A DNA stretch of 58,715 nt, filler included, from Dugesia japonica (Eukaryota): NCBI GenBank assembly GCA_001938525.1. It is 5 parts of 5 records of this genome, joined end to end, with 100 filler letters (N's around TTAATTAATTAA, not from the genome) between each part and the next. Parts side by side here need not be neighbours in the genome. Positions count along the whole stretch, not along the records: positions 21,767 to 32,728 come from MQRL01629197.1; positions 32,829 to 45,789 come from MQRL01620933.1; 3 more parts are not named here. The stretch is one strand, 5' to 3'. Below, one piece after another: positions 21,767 to 36,700 of the stretch; the stretch's first letter is position 1, and each line of letters starts with the position of its first letter. The notes below the pieces were generated by a model that saw only the letters and a program-made list of their open reading frames with translations, had not been told where the DNA came from and did no database searches. The position numbers were made by a program, and so were the translations under genes.

Positions 21767-24700
21767 TCAAAATAAAATTTATTTGTAAAAAGGTTCAAAT
21801 TTTCAACAATAGTCTTCTTCAGATATTTACTTATCTATTAATCGTATCTTTTAATTATATCGATTTTAGAATCTTACATGGCGTCACGTAAGCAGCACGC
21901 AATCCTACAAAAGTTCATATTTAAAGAACGAGAATCTAAACTTTTCGTCTTCATTAAAAATAGAAAGAACCCTACAACCATCAAAGAGCACCTTTATGCA
22001 GTGAAAGAATTCGTAAAACTATTTGATTATTCTGGCATCACTGAAAGCGAAAAGAAGGTAATCTTCTTAAAATACTCTGACGACGATCTTATAAGAGAAA
22101 TTAGATGCGATCCAAATTTGGTGAATCTAAGCAAACCATTGAAAGATACGAAGAAGTTTTAATAAACTTATGCAAAGTCAAAAGTCAAAAACAAGCTTGA
22201 CAATGACTGTCTTTTAAATAAGACGGGAAAAGAGCGAATCTATAACGGATTACGCTAAGAGACATAAAATGCAATGTCTTAATATTAATGAAACGAAGGA
22301 AAAAATCCTAGTTAGGGCATTTATGAATGGGTTGATTAAATTTGTAAACTATTAAGGATGAGAAACCTAATGACGAAAAAGAAAAATTTTATATTTAATA
22401 TGAAGTTCCAGAAAGACACGATTAAAGCCTTAAAATTAGAAATAAAGAAACTCAGGAGAGAAATAGAAGAATTGAAGACAACTAAAAACACGAAAAAAGA
22501 TTATCCGAACAACAAATTTAACCAAGAACATAAACCAGAGTATAACCAATAGAAAAAAGAAGGGCAAGTCAATTAAAAATGTTTTGAATGTGAAAAAGAA
22601 GGATATATCGCGCGAGTTTGCGGAACCAAACAATGTTTTCAATGAAGATGAAGAGATCACATTGCCCAATTTTGTCAAGAAAACAATAAATTAAGGTTGT
22701 AAAGTGAAAATAATGGGAATACAAATGAATATAATTCAATCAAATTAACAGAACCAGAGGACAATGAAGATATTCAAAACAAAACAATTAGTATAACAGA
22801 AACAAAATGGAATAAAGAAAAATTGAAAGAGATTATAAAAAATCTAAACCCGTCAATAGAAGAAAAATACGTCAACTTCATAAACGGCCAAGGAGAAAAA
22901 CCAAACAACAGTTAAAAAGATACGAACCAACTGTCATCACTTACTCCAGGCCAGAAAAAGCAAGAAACAAACCGATTGTAGAATGCCAAGTAGCAGGTTA
23001 ACAATCAAAACTATGTTCGATACAGGTACTGTCAAAAATGTCATAAGCCAGGAGCTAGCGGAGCGTAGAAGAAAACAGAATCCAANNNNNNNNNNNNNNN
23101 NNNNNNNNNNNNNNNNNNNNNNNNNAAATGGTACTACTGAAAACTATCTCGGTAAAATTCAATTGAATGTAGGAATCGGGTAGGTAATAACAGCCCATGT
23201 CTTCAATATCATGCCAAATATTTCCCCCTATTTATTTATCGGGTAAAGAAGTATGAAATAATATGAAGTTTTAGTGGACAATGCCAAGGATGGAATAGAA
23301 ATACAGGGCGTCAAAATTCCTTTTCTGTACAAAACTATAGCAGCTGAATCAATAAAATACTAATTCCAACCGCATTGATGAGTCAAAATGCGGGAATCGG
23401 TAGAAATGAGACTCATGATAATAATTATAATGATCAAAATTATAAAAAGATTGTAGCAGAGAATGTCAGTATTAGAGATGAAGGAGAATATTTTGTGAAA
23501 GGTATGGTGATAAATGAAGCAAAGCAGAGAGTAAAAGATATGAATTAAGATTTTTTTTATTTACAAGTGATAAAAAATGAATGGAAGAAAGGAATCTTTT
23601 AATTTTTGAAGGCTTAGTAAAAAGCAACGATGGATAAATATGATCTAAAAGTTACATTCCTAAAAGAGGTAACAAAAGTATACATACAGGAACGACATTA
23701 GAATACGTAGAGATAATCCAGCTGAAAAATAAAGCAAACAATCAATTAATAGTTTGACAGAAAAGGAGATGAATAATGAGAAAAGTCTGGTTAACTAGAT
23801 TTTAAAAGAAATATAAGAAAAAATGATAAGAGAAAACAGCTCATAAAACGTGAAAAGCACAATGGAAATTTTAGAAAGAAACAAAGAGATATTCAGCAAA
23901 TACAAAATGGATATAGGGAAACGTATTTGGTATACCATCAAATTAAAACAACAGATAACTAGCCCATTGCGTTCAATCTTCGCAGAATCCCAAAAGGCTT
24001 AGAAGATGAAGTAGATCACATGATAGAGAATTTGAAAGAAGCAGGAATTGTGAAGCCTAGTACTTCACCGTGGAATTTTCCAATTGTTGTAGTAAAAAAG
24101 AAAAACAGGAATAATGGAATGTGCGTAAAATACAGAGCACTAAATGCTAAAACAAACAGACCTAAATTTCTAATACCATCAGCTGAAGAAATCTTCGACA
24201 GCACAGGAGGGGCTAGATATTTTTCATCTTTATATTTATAAAGTGGTTTCTACCAAGTGCCAATTGCGGAGGAATATAGAAAAATCAGCATTTAGCACAA
24301 AGTATGTGCAATATGAAATCACAGGAATGCCTTTCGAATTATGCTCAGCTCCCGCCACATTTCAAAAGTTAATAAATATCGTGCTGAAAAGTTAGAATTG
24401 AAAAAATGTGTCATATACCTGTATGATGTATTAATTTCTGGGAAAACATTAGAAGAGCACAATGAACAATTTAAACTACTTATAAAAAGAACCAAAGATG
24501 CTGGGCTCAAACTCTCACCATAAAAGTGTGCGTTCTTACGAAAAGAGGTAAAATATCTGGGACATGTCGTGACACAAGATGGAGTTGCAACAGATCCTGA
24601 AAAAATCGCTAGTATAAAAAATTGGAAATTACCAGGTTGTAAGAAAGAACTGCAAACATTTCTTGGATTCTGTAACTACTACAGNCGGTTTATTAAAGAG

Positions 24701-26783
24701 TATGCGTTAATATCAGAACCACTCAGTGGCATGCTGCGAAAGGAGAACAAATTTACATGATCAGATGACAATAAACAATGTTTCTACGAACTCAGAGAGA
24801 GACTTACAAAATCACATATATTAGGTTACCAATAAAAGATGGTAAATACATTTTGGATACCGACGCATCACATAATGCAATCGATGCTGTATTGTCACAA
24901 ATACAAAATGGAAAAGAAAAAGTTCCTAATTATAATTCAAAAACCTTATCAAAAAGCCAGAAACAATATTGTATTTTTCAAACATAGATATTAGAATAGA
25001 ATTATTAGCTATTTATACGTTTATTATGAAGTTCAAACCTTACCTAATTGGTAAGCCATTCGTGGTGTGAACAGACCATCATGCGTTAAAATGGATGCTC
25101 AATTGGGATAGTCCAAATACATCACAGTATTGTATTTGGAAAGCAGAGCCAGAAGTATTCGACATGATAGTAGAATTTCGAAAGGGTAAAGAACGCATAA
25201 ATGCGGATGTTCTATCTAGACTACAAGACTGCGAACAATGCATGATCAAACATTTTGAACCTAAAAAAAACTAAACGTCAAAGTAAATCTCATAAAATCA
25301 AATGGGGAACAAAATCATCTCAGAAAAGGTATTGAACAATATAAAAGATAATAATAACGAATGGCAACAGGAAAATGATCCCATTATCAAATTAATACTT
25401 AAAGCTTTAAATAAAATAAAGCTTTAAAGACTATTTTCTGGTAGTACCAAATCATAAAAGAGAAGAAATTATTTAAAAATACTTTAAATTGTTGAGTCAC
25501 ACTAGAATGAAAAAAACTGCAGAAGTTATACAAAGAGAATATTACTGGCTCTCATTATAAAAAGATGTGCAAAATATAATTGCTAAATGTAATCCATGTA
25601 ACCACAACAAGTATCTTAACGGAAGGATTAAAGCACCATTGCAAAACATCACTGGATACGAACCATTTCAGATTATAGGAATGGATATTACAGGATTATT
25701 TAAAGAAACAAAGAAAGGATACAAATATATACTGGCTGTAATAGACTATTTTTCAAAATATATCAGTTTGATTCCACTAAAGATAACAACTTCTTAAGTC
25801 ATTTGTGATGTTCTATGAGAACACTGGAAATCTAAATTTGGAATACTGGAGAAAATCCATTCAGATAGAGAAAGTAATGTTTGCTCTAGAATATTCCGTG
25901 AATATTGTAGAATATTAAAATACGGAAAACATTTACGTCACCGTACTACCCTCAATGCGACGGGTTGGTAGAAAGCCTATTTAGAACAGTGAAGCCCATG
26001 ATAAGCGCAGTTATGAAAGACAGAGAAATCATGGAATGGAGCTCGACATTACCTATAGTAGAATACGGCATTCAAAATAAAATACAGAAAACAATCAGAT
26101 ATTCACCATATCAAATCCTGTTTGGAGGAAGACCGAAATTGACCTATGGAATATCGCAAACACTAACAAAGACAAACCAAACTCAGAAGAATACGTAGAA
26201 AACATGGAGCAAAAAATAAAGATAATACATAATAAAGTGCAAGACACTATTGAATATCACAATATTAAGAAACAAGAAAATTATAACAGAAATTAATGGA
26301 GCAATGAAATCGTGTGTGGAGACAAGATAATGATCAAATTCTAAGAAAATAGAGCACTTAAACGAAGATACATTAGGCAGTTTGTACTTAAAGAAATAAA
26401 AGATAAATAAACTTTTATTTTACAAAACGGAAATAATACAATACAAAAAAACTAAAATCAAATCAAAAAGATTCTCTAAGACACAGAGCTATAAATCAAT
26501 CAGCGAAAAAACGTCAATAAGAAAACGAATTAACCCTAAACAAGAGGAAGAAGATCAAACAAAAAGGCGCTGCCCAATGCGAGCTACCAGGAATCCGAAC
26601 CCAAAGTACAGATGATCAAAGAGAGGGGTGTGATATAAATTGAAATTAAATTCAATTTATATTGAAATCAAAACATGAAAAAACCAAAAATATTAAAACT
26701 TTGTTTTAATATTGATTGTTATGAAATATATATGTTTACTTATCTATTAGTCGTATCTTTTATTTATATTGATTTTAGAATTT
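21767..26783 (+). mobile_element. Near full-length decayed Ty3/Gypsy LTR retrotransposon
   Basis: The 5' LTR ends CTTACA at 21878. PBS TGGCGTCACG (tRNA-Ser-like). Gag has CFECEKEGYIARVC, protease MFDTG, RT SPWNFPIVVVKKK and YLYD(D), RNase H DTDAS, integrase HHCC/GMDITG/HSDR/YYPQCDGLVE. PPT AAAGAGAGGGG. The 3' LTR 26629-~26783 shares TTTACTTATCTATTA.TCGTATCTTT with the 5' LTR. Confidence 0.92.
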
Positions 26784-29700
26784 AAAAAAGTCTAAATTTT
26801 CCACAAATCACATTCATTTTGCTACCTTCAAAAATTCTACCCCTATCAGATAAGATTGATTTTGGTTTTCCAAATCGGTAAATCCAATGGTTCTTTATTG
26901 CATCTGATATTGATGTTTCGTCTTTTTTACTAAGAGGTATCAGCCAAACTAGTTTGCTAAATCGATCAATAATAACAAGCAAGTACTTTTGAGTAGACTC
27001 ATACTCAGAAAATAGGCCACATCTATTACAAATTTTTCTAATGGTCCAAATTCCTCTCTAAGGAACAATAGTTCTTTTGTTCGACTAGAGAAAACCTTTC
27101 TTTTAACACATTTTTCACATTTTTGAATTTCGTGTTCGTTATTTCTACTCAAATCAGGCCAGAAGTATATCTCTCAAATATATTTCACTAACTTCTTGCA
27201 TGCAAAATCACAAAGTTCTTCGTACAAGTATTTTACTAATTTTGGTGCGTAATTTTCTGGTATAAAAATTAGTTTCTTCTTTTGAATTATTACAATATTC
27301 CTAAATAATCTCAATTTATCTATACTTCTAAAATAGAACATAAGGCAAAATAGTGCTACACTATTTAAAAATGAAAGGAACAAGTGACAAATTTATGACT
27401 GCCAAAAGATCAAGAAGCCAATATAATTGAGTACATGCAATTGAAGATGAAGATGTCAAGACAAACGATGGATATAAGGAAGTGAATGAAAGTGATTCTG
27501 AAAGGCAGTACCCAAAAGGCAGGGCTTCAAGAGTAGAGTAGTTGGTTGGAGCCATCCATTGTTAAATAAAGTTATTGATTATCCTCAAGAAGTCGAAAAT
27601 ACAATGATATCTGGAGAGTGACAGAAAAAGTATACAGGTTCTTAAAGAGGGAAAGCTTTGTTGATTGAGAAATAGAATGGGTTGGAACAATTGAAACAGA
27701 ACATAAAACAAATATTTCGTATTATAAATTGCAAGGCAGATCAAGTGTTACGGTATCAATTCAAAGAAATAAAGTCAAATGTTTATTAGATACAAGAGCT
27801 CAAATTAACGTTATAAGTTTGATTTCTTTTAATAAATTACAAGAACTACATTTAAAAATGAGTGATGAAAGATATAAAGCATTCCTTTAAAAATCAAATT
27901 CATTAAAATCTGAAAAGTTGCCAGTGCTGTACATAAACCGAAGGGCAACAGTTTAAAACAGAACTGTTTAATTTTAGTACTAAAAGTTGTTTGCATTTGT
28001 GAATCTTCGTCTAACACAACTTGATAATAAGCGTGTCCTAAGTCTATAGATGAACAAATAGTTGATCCATATAAAGTATCCAAAAGAGTATTTATATCAG
28101 GTACCGGGAAAGAATTTTTTAAGTTACTTCATTCAATCGTCGAAAATCCAAACACATACGGAAAGTATCATCTTTCTTTGGTAATATCACTAAAACAGAA
28201 TTCCATGGGCTTTGGATGCCATAAAAATTGATCCACATTTTTAATAAGGTTTTCAATAAATGGAGTTTTGTGAGCAACATAATTTAATGCCGTCTTAACA
28301 CAATCACAATCCGCATATGTTGTGTTTCAGAAGAATCAATCAATTTTCCTTCTGCCAAGAGTAATTCACATAATTTCATCATTTGATTCCACCCAATAAA
28401 ACCAGGAGAAATAATTTTAACAACTAAAGTTTCTTTTATCAAAGGTTTCTTTTTCCACACAATTTGTATAAACATCTTACCAAGACATGATTCATGCTTT
28501 GAAGAAAGATCTCCTGACAATTTAACTTCTGACACTAAGTGCACCAATTTGGATCCAATTTTCTTCATCCATCACTGTTATTGATGCTCCAGAATTCAAC
28601 AACATTTTAATATCATAGCTATTACAATTCACAATACTCCATTGCCGTCCATCTAACTTCTGAAACATTCTACATTCTTCATCATTCATCTCATTTTCCT
28701 CTTTTCTATATCTATTAATTATAGAATTTATTGACTTAACTCCACCGATGAGATATCTACATAGAGTTGGTAGTAGTTCATTTCCATTTCGCTCTCATCC
28801 ATACCATAAATTTCCATTAAATTATTCGTCTCTTCCACACTTTGCTCTTTGTCATGAATACACGATAGTCTTCCATTTTAATGACCGTTGGTAACCAAAT
28901 AACAGTTTTTGAAATAATGGCCATTTTTACTACAGATTAGGCATTTATTCTTAAGCAAACATTTATTTCGTCTATGATTCATATTACCACAACAAAAGCA
29001 TGAACATTTTTGCAAAGTTTCATCGCGTGGAGGTGCTTTATCCCTGTATTGATTATAGAATTTCATTGCAATCATCTTCATTGATCTTTGTAATCTAATA
29101 GCTTGATGAGAAAAATTCCCATTATTGCTCAATTGTTAAAAATTTTATCTGGATCCTTATATGCAGTTGATTTTAAAGATTGATTTCTATTTCCTGAAGA
29201 TTTAAAATATACTGAATTCCTTTGGGGCCAAAAATGTGTCTTCCCTTCTGAAAGTTGATTATAATATTAAGGTTTCATGACATGGATTACTAGATGCGGA
29301 ACCAATTTTTCTAAATTCGTTGCAAATTCTCTTCTTCTTTCGTCAGACATTGATGGATCAAAGGCACAGGATTCATGTAGTTTCTCACTCTGTAATCCTT
29401 GCAGAATAAATGCTCTTGCAATTTCTTCTATTGTTAATTTCTTTTGAAACACCCATGTGACTATTTTTTTAAACTAGAATCTCAAAATTTCTGTACTTCT
29501 CAACTGTTCTTTGTTTTATTAAAGTTAATTCCTTTACTTAATCATATATCGATTTCGTATTTGTAAAGGTTTCCTTAAACCATTTTTATACTTCCTCATA
29601 AGTAACAGAATCATTTAAATAGGAAAAAGTCTTCCCACAACTGTTTTGCATTATCTCTTAGAAGCTATATATAACGCGAAAGCAAATTCCGTTTGATTGA

Positions 29701-29835
29701 ATGTAGCAAAATCTTTCATTCTGTGCATCCAATCTTAGGCATCTTGACTGAGACCATCAAAGAAACTTGGTTTCGGAATTAACATTTCTTGCGTTTTCTG
29801 AGGCAAATTAGAAAAAATCTTCACTCTTGCTAACA
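26784..29835 (-). mobile_element. Second decayed Ty3/Gypsy element (gag-PR-RT...INT), truncated within the integrase
   Basis: Gag has two CCHC knuckles (28878-29132); protease LLNSGAS (about 28590); RT SSIDLGHAYYQV and LPFGL (27829-28083); integrase YFWPD, IIDRFSK, ILSDRG (26784-27340). Confidence 0.85.
27345..27850 (+). pseudogene. Opposite-strand Gypsy gag-protease fragment inside the second element
   Basis: VKCLLDTRAQINVISL protease motif at about 27775-27825 on the + strand. It sits where the RT C-terminus and RNase H of the minus-strand element should be. Confidence 0.6.
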
Positions 29836-30643
29836 ATTTAATTTCGGCGTGGTTTTCGGTAAAAAGACTTGTCATTAATATTAAGGATTTATTTAAGAAT
29901 AATATAATATGTATTATTCAATCAAAATTGACTGTTTAAATAATCACTATTTTCTAACTAATAATAATAATAATAATAATAATTATTATTATTATTATTA
30001 TTTATTGCTTAGGAAAATAGTTATATCAGGAATATAACATACTAATAAATTAACAGAATTTTATTCCCAAGTATAATTGCATTTTAATTGAAAGTAATTA
30101 ATTTCAATATGCAAATTTTTATAACATTCAATAAAATTTTCTTTAGTAAAATATTAATAAGAAATTTTTAGAATAACCNATATTTAATATATACTCGGTT
30201 TTACTGTATCAGTAAATTCAAATAAAAGCACTTAATTGATAATTTTTAAATATAATTTAACCACATGTAATGTGTAACATTGAATTCAACTTTAGATAAA
30301 AATAGAAAAACTTCAGTTTTCATTTATTGTTTCATTAAAATTCAAAACAATTTTCGTAATAATTCTATAAGGACCAAATTTATTTTACAGATGGATCTCA
30401 TTAGCGATATGTATTTTTCGAAAACACGCAAATTAAAAATATTTAAAAACTTTTCTATTTAATTAAAAAAAATTTTGAGAGTTAATTTAAAGATGAAAAT
30501 TCATAATTAAAATCAACCAATAAAATTTCGATAAAATTTAAAGAATTGCGCGAAAAAAATCATTTGCAAATTCTTTTGCATTAATTTTCATTTATGCATG
30601 ATTATATTTTTATAAAAGATAAGATAAGACTATATATGCTTAC

Positions 30644-30967
30644 CGTTGATGTTACATTTAAATGTGGTCTGCTAAAAAGGTTCCTACCAATCCAGCACCA
30701 TTTAGACATCTTATTTTTGTCTTATTCGTTTGTTTGCTCAGAACTAGCTCAAGAAATCTTATTTTGCTTAACAGGTGTGCAGTGCCTTCCGCCTATTCTG
30801 GTGTTTTCTAGTCACGTCAAATTGATTGATTCATTCCATGTTTTGTCTTTTAGCTTGCAGTTCCTAAATGTTTTTTGTGTCATTTTGGCGTTNTCAATTA
30901 TGTTCTTTTGCCTCACGGTGGAGACGTATTTTACGTTGTTCAGGAGTGTCTGAGTCCATTTTTTCAT
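30644..30967 (-). pseudogene. Degenerate exon-like segment, possibly Helitron N-terminal repeats
   Basis: Flanked by TTTCAG and GTAAG. Reads MDSDTPEQRKIRLHREAKEH... with several stops. Confidence 0.25.
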
Positions 30968-32319
30968 CTGAAATATTGACAACATTAGCTATTTTACAAA
31001 CAATATTTCTTCATTTTTTATTATTTTTAAAATTTGTAGATATTTTCTGCTCATTTTTATAATGATTTTATTAATCTTAAATATGTATCATTAGTTTTGA
31101 GATTTAAAATTAAAATTTTTATCATCAAACAAAAACAAACGTACACCATTAGGTTTTTAATTTATTATTATCTTTTCGATTTAAATAAACATTTATATTT
31201 GATTTTATCGATTTAAATAATCAAGCGTCAACGAGTGTTTCCTCTTAAAAATAGTAATAAAAATTATTTTACTATTTAGTTTTATTTGCATTCTAAAAAT
31301 AAGAAAAATTCCCTGCCATACATAAGATTTTCCATTTGAAAGATTTTAACTGATTATGTCCTATAAATCGTTTATGACTCAAATAAAATTTCCATTAATT
31401 ATTTATCCATCGCATCACTAACAATATACTTTCTTCATAATTATTAATCAAAAGATGAATAAATAATTAGAGATTTTCTTTTAAGTCATTTTCTATTTGT
31501 CTATTGTTTCAAATAATTTATTGTAATTGTTCCATTATAATAATGGATTTTAAAATATTGAAAATCTCAAAATATTTCAATAATAATTTCTAAATAATAA
31601 AATAAGATGAAAAGAAATTATTTAAAATTTTCCATTAAAATATTATATAAAAAAAACATTTTAATTGTTTAGATTTATATTGGATTTAAAGTAATTATGA
31701 TATGTTTTAAAAACTATTAAAATCAATATCCGTCTGGGTAATTTAGTTGCAAAACTTAGTATGAAGCTTTAAATCAAATCATTTTAATTCTAAATTGTTT
31801 ATGTATTTTTATAAATAAATTTATTTTTAAATTTTCTAATAAAGATTAATTTGTTAAAATAATAAACTGAAAATAGTTTTACAAAATAAATTTTTAAAAC
31901 TTACTTGGTCTTTGGTTTCTAATGCATCTCAGTGTAAAATACTATTATTCTCAATTCCAAGTTTGTGAGATAATAGCCAGTTTTGAATAGTATATTTACT
32001 CTTAGTCCATGTGCACTGTATTGCTTCTCACCTCATTCCTAATCTTTCAGCTTCTTCTCTTTTTGTTCTTGTTACAGTTTTTAGCTGGCTCCCAAAGACT
32101 TACAATCTTTGAATGGATTTTATGGTTTGAAAAGGCTTTTGTTAATCTCTGCGTACTAACACTTGTAGTACTTTTCATGTTTTCTTACAGAAAAATTAGT
32201 TATTAATTAAATTAATATTATTCTGTTTTTTCATAATATAAGCCCTACTAATTAAATAATCCCTAATTAACATATCATTAATAATTGATCTAGAATTTAA
32301 AGTTTTTAAAAAACTCATT

Positions 32320-32700
32320 GAAAATGGAAAAGGAAACTTTGTCAAGCCAGTATTATTAGAGGTCGTTACCTGGGTCAAGAAGTTTAAGGAGAAGATAGCT
32401 AACAATAATGTTAAGAATGTGCCTCAAGCAAGCTATCTTGATTAAAATTTTTCTTTTAAAGAAGAATTTATTTCAAAGCATGAAGGATTGGAAAGAACGA
32501 GGAGCTCAAATTATAGCCTGAATAACTTATCCTTTGATAATGTCCCTGAAGATGATTTGAATAAATGACTTTTTAAATTGTTTCTTCTTTTTAGTTTACT
32601 TGTTGCTTTTTAATAATGATTAAATGTAAGACTTACTCAAATATAAGACCTATTTTAGATTTCAGCTAAATTTCGAAAAATTTAATATAAGCCCGTCTTT
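32320..32700 (+). mobile_element. pogo/Tigger-like 3' remnant
   Basis: GNFVKPVLLEVVTWVKK..EKI resembles the pogo DDE C-terminus. TATAAGACC and TATAAGCCCGTCTT subterminal repeats follow. Confidence 0.45.
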
Positions 32701-32828
32701 AGGTTAAATAATATTAACAATGAATGCCNNNNNNNNNNNNNNNNNNNNNNNNNNNNNNNNNNNNNNNNNNNNTTAATTAATTAANNNNNNNNNNNNNNNN
32801 NNNNNNNNNNNNNNNNNNNNNNNNNNNN

Positions 32829-33226
32829 ATTGGCTTAATTCTGAAGGCTATGTTGAACTATTAGAACAGAACCTCCTTCCTTTCGTCGATCAAATGAACA
32901 ACTTAGAATTCTACCAGCAAGACAAAGCACCAATCCATACTGCCAAATTTACAATAGATTGGTTCGATGATCATGACTTACCTGTTCTGCTGTGGCCAGC
33001 AATCAGTCCCGATGCTAACCCCATCAAAAATGTGTGGGGNNNNNNNNNNNNNNNNNNNNNNNNNNNNNNNNNNNNNNNNNNNNNNNNNNNNNNCCTGTTC
33101 AGCACCTGTCAGGATTTGTGGAGCACTATCATGGGAGAAGAGAATTACCGGTACAGCCTTGTAGATTCTGTGGAGCGAAGGCTTTCCGCAATAATCCATG
33201 CAGCTGAAGGATATACCAAATATTAA
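32829..33226 (+). pseudogene. Tc1-family (DD34E) transposase, C-terminal part
   Basis: LNSEGYVELLE...YQQDKAPIHTAK...WPAISPDANPIKNVW...AIIHAAEGYTKY*. Confidence 0.9.
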
Positions 33227-33711
33227 CGATATATTGTTTTCTGTATAAATATATATAATATAAATGTTGTANNNNNNNNNNNNNNNNNNNNNNNNNNNNN
33301 NNNNNNNNNNNNNNNNNNNNNTTTCTGTATAAATATATATAATATAAATGTTGTAATTTTTTGTACTGGACAATTTAATGTAACAGACTGTAATTAAAAA
33401 AAACTTATAAGTAAATCTCTTTTTCATGAATATTCTGACGTCATACACAATGCGTGTTTGCGATATGTTTTTAAATGAATAAATAATAAGACAAACAATG
33501 AAATAACAACTTTTATTACAAATAAATACATCAATATACAATTTTTGGTACTAAATAGGACCGGTTATACGTTCAGAATATTTTTTTCTCTTTTCTCATT
33601 ATAATCTAAATATAAATAATTAAAAATAACATTTATAAACAAAATAAATACTTTTGTTTGAGGTTTTAGTCTTGACTAAGCTGGATCGAATGTGTGGTTT
33701 TATGGAAAAAT

Positions 33712-36700
33712 CTATTTAATACTATAGTGACCATATGGGACACTGTTATTTTTACCTACCAACACGCGTTTATCATCTCTTTTAGTAAGCGCTAATTTAT
33801 TTGACTTAATGCTGTATAATTGATGATTTTTGGTAGTTATCCTAAATTGTTCCACTGAGACCAATTTGTTCTCATTATAACAGTCAAGGTAAGACTGGTG
33901 AGAAATTTCAGTTTTCTTCAATGTTATGTCTTTTGCTTTCATGTTGTTTTATCTCCGAGCAGGCTATAGCATTTCGGTCTCAAAAATACCCATTCTTCAT
34001 ACTTCTTCCTTTTATTCTCCTCTTTGAATTTTCCTATAACTGAGTTCATACTGTTACTATAAATAGCATGATCTTTATCATAATTTGAAGTATCAAGTAG
34101 CTGATCTCTCACCATACTTGCTGTTATTTTTTCTAATTTNNNNNNNNNNNNNNNNNNNNNNNNNNNNNNNNNNNNNNNNNNNNNNNNNNNNNNNNNNNNN
34201 NNNNNNNNNNNNNNNNNNNNAACTCAATGTACTGAAGTTTGTACATTCTCAATTTTGATAGGTCAAGTACAGTTTGTCTTATGTAGCTCGGACGATTTAA
34301 ACAAACTATATCCTTATTGAGAAGAACAGCTGTTAAATCATCATCAATTTTTGTAGTTTTCTTAAATCCGGCTTTTGATGTATATGTAATCAGCTTCTTT
34401 GCCGAATTACATAAGCGCAGATTGATCCGGTTCTTAAGATTCTCCACTGATTTTCCATATAAACTGTTATTTAACAGTTTATAATAGTTTTTATCCAGTT
34501 TCGTAACACAATTTGATCTGAGAATTGTGTTGGTGTTGATATAATTCTCAAATATTGAAGCTTGGCTGAATTTAACTCCCCGATGAACCTCTGTTACTTT
34601 AACTCCTAAACTTAAATACATCTGCAGCAATCTCCAGCGCACTACGTAATTGTTCTTGGAGTAGTGCGTTAACATTAATTTATTCACTTTATAGCCTGGA
34701 GCGCTTCTATGTTCTACTGCAACAGGTAAATCATTCAAAAAATCATGAATTTCTGCTGGAATCACCATGCCCACCTCTAGTGTGTATCCATATGGCAATG
34801 AATCTAGGTTTGCATTCTCACACTCTTCCAAAACCCTATCTAATCCATCATAGACCCATTCAAAATTTGCAAAGGTCAACTTTTGACTCAGTGCCCAACC
34901 ATAAAGATTATTAATATCTATATACAAAAGGTCAACATTTTTACTGGTGGCAACATAGTGCTTGTTAACAAATGTTAACCTTCCTCTTATAACTCCTTCG
35001 AAAAAGGTATACATATCGTTATCTTGTAGCAACTCAATTGGTTTTTCCAATGACATCAACGCAAATGCCCATGACATTCCAGGTATTCCAAAGAAAATCA
35101 ACGGCTCCAAATTGTTGTGTGCTAAAGACTTTGCACGGAATTGCTGGAAAACATCAGTTAATAAATACACATCCAGCTTTAAATATAATATCATATAGTC
35201 CAGCAAATATCTACATAAAAATATTTCCCACATCTATAATGCTTTCTTATACTCTTCCCTACTAACATCCTCCCATTTTTGTGGCATTTGTTTTGTTTCT
35301 TCCAGAACCTGTAAGCTCGTTGCAAAACTGTACGGAACTTGTTAATACNNNNNTTGAGGATATGATGAAGATCATATCCTCGTAAATTATGAAAGACCAC
35401 TGGTAGTTGAATATGCAATTTTTTACTTAAATTGCATTGGTTATATGCTGCTCCTATATATTTCCCTGTGAAATGGTCATGGTCACGAACGGAATCTCTT
35501 ATTTCTTTCTTACATAAGTAAAAAATTTATCTTCTTTATTTATTTATTCTTTATCTTGATCCTTTGTTATTATAATTTTCTTTTTTCCCTCTGTTTCGTA
35601 ATAAGGAAACACAATGTTTTTGCTTATTTCCTCCACAGCCTTTAAGAAATTATACACACAGTCATCTTCAATAAACTGTATATATTTTGTTTCGTTATTA
35701 AAATTATTTACCAACAAAAGACCAGCCGAAACAGGTAAATGTTTCTGAAAATGCTTATCGTCTGGAGGTAAAACTGACTCAAAGTCCGCATATATAACAA
35801 AAGGTGATGTTATTGTTTTTGAATAATCCTTAAAAGTAAGGTTCTTCTTCGATAACATCATATACATTGTGATACCTGTCTGTATTTTTTTGCAAGTTGG
35901 TTCATCCTTCTCATAAGCTACTCCATTTTTGAATCCATTGAGACAGTTAGAACACTATGTTGATTGAATACGTACACCATGTCTTTTATTACCCCGGTTC
36001 ATTAGTCGATTTAGATTTATTACTGCAGTGTAATGAAATCTGTTGTTATTTTCCAGTAATAATAGATATATTTTCTCTCCATCTATCACTTTTGATCGGT
36101 GTATTATGTCTACATTTAGATGTTTTATGATTACTTCATCTTCTTCATCCTCCGCTGATTCTTGATTCCACGATAGGACATTGATGGATAGTCCTGGATT
36201 TTTTTTTTCGAACTTTGGTATATCATTCAGTTTCATCGGCATATCCTTTTCGTTGAATATAAGCTCCGACATGTATTTCTTAAATTTAATAGCTCGGTTT
36301 TTATTTATTTCTCCAACTTGCGCTTTTTTGGTAGCAGCAAGAATACTGTAAGTAAAGCAGTAATTATCATTGTTCTTGATGTTAAGAATAGCTTTTTCCT
36401 TTTCTAGATCTTTTAGTGTTGGAATATAGCTTTTTCCTGAAAATCGACAAATATCTGCAGTTTTTGTGATCTTGAAATTAATTTCTAGTATTCGATTCAA
36501 CATCCAACTATAGCCTAGTTCGCTTCTTATTGTTATTTTTTCATTTAATTGGTTGATGCCATCTTCAAAAAAGTTATCAGATAATGCAATGGCTCAATTT
36601 TACATTCTACAGGTTTTAAACTCCTTTTCTTCTCCATCAGCAGTTGTTGTTATTATTTTGAACTCGACATGTACCCCAAATTGTATTTTAACTTGCTTCA

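Noticed and set aside
31905-32180. Possible Tc1 N-terminal remnant or host exon
   Set aside because: Too degenerate, with multiple stops and no clear catalytic motif.
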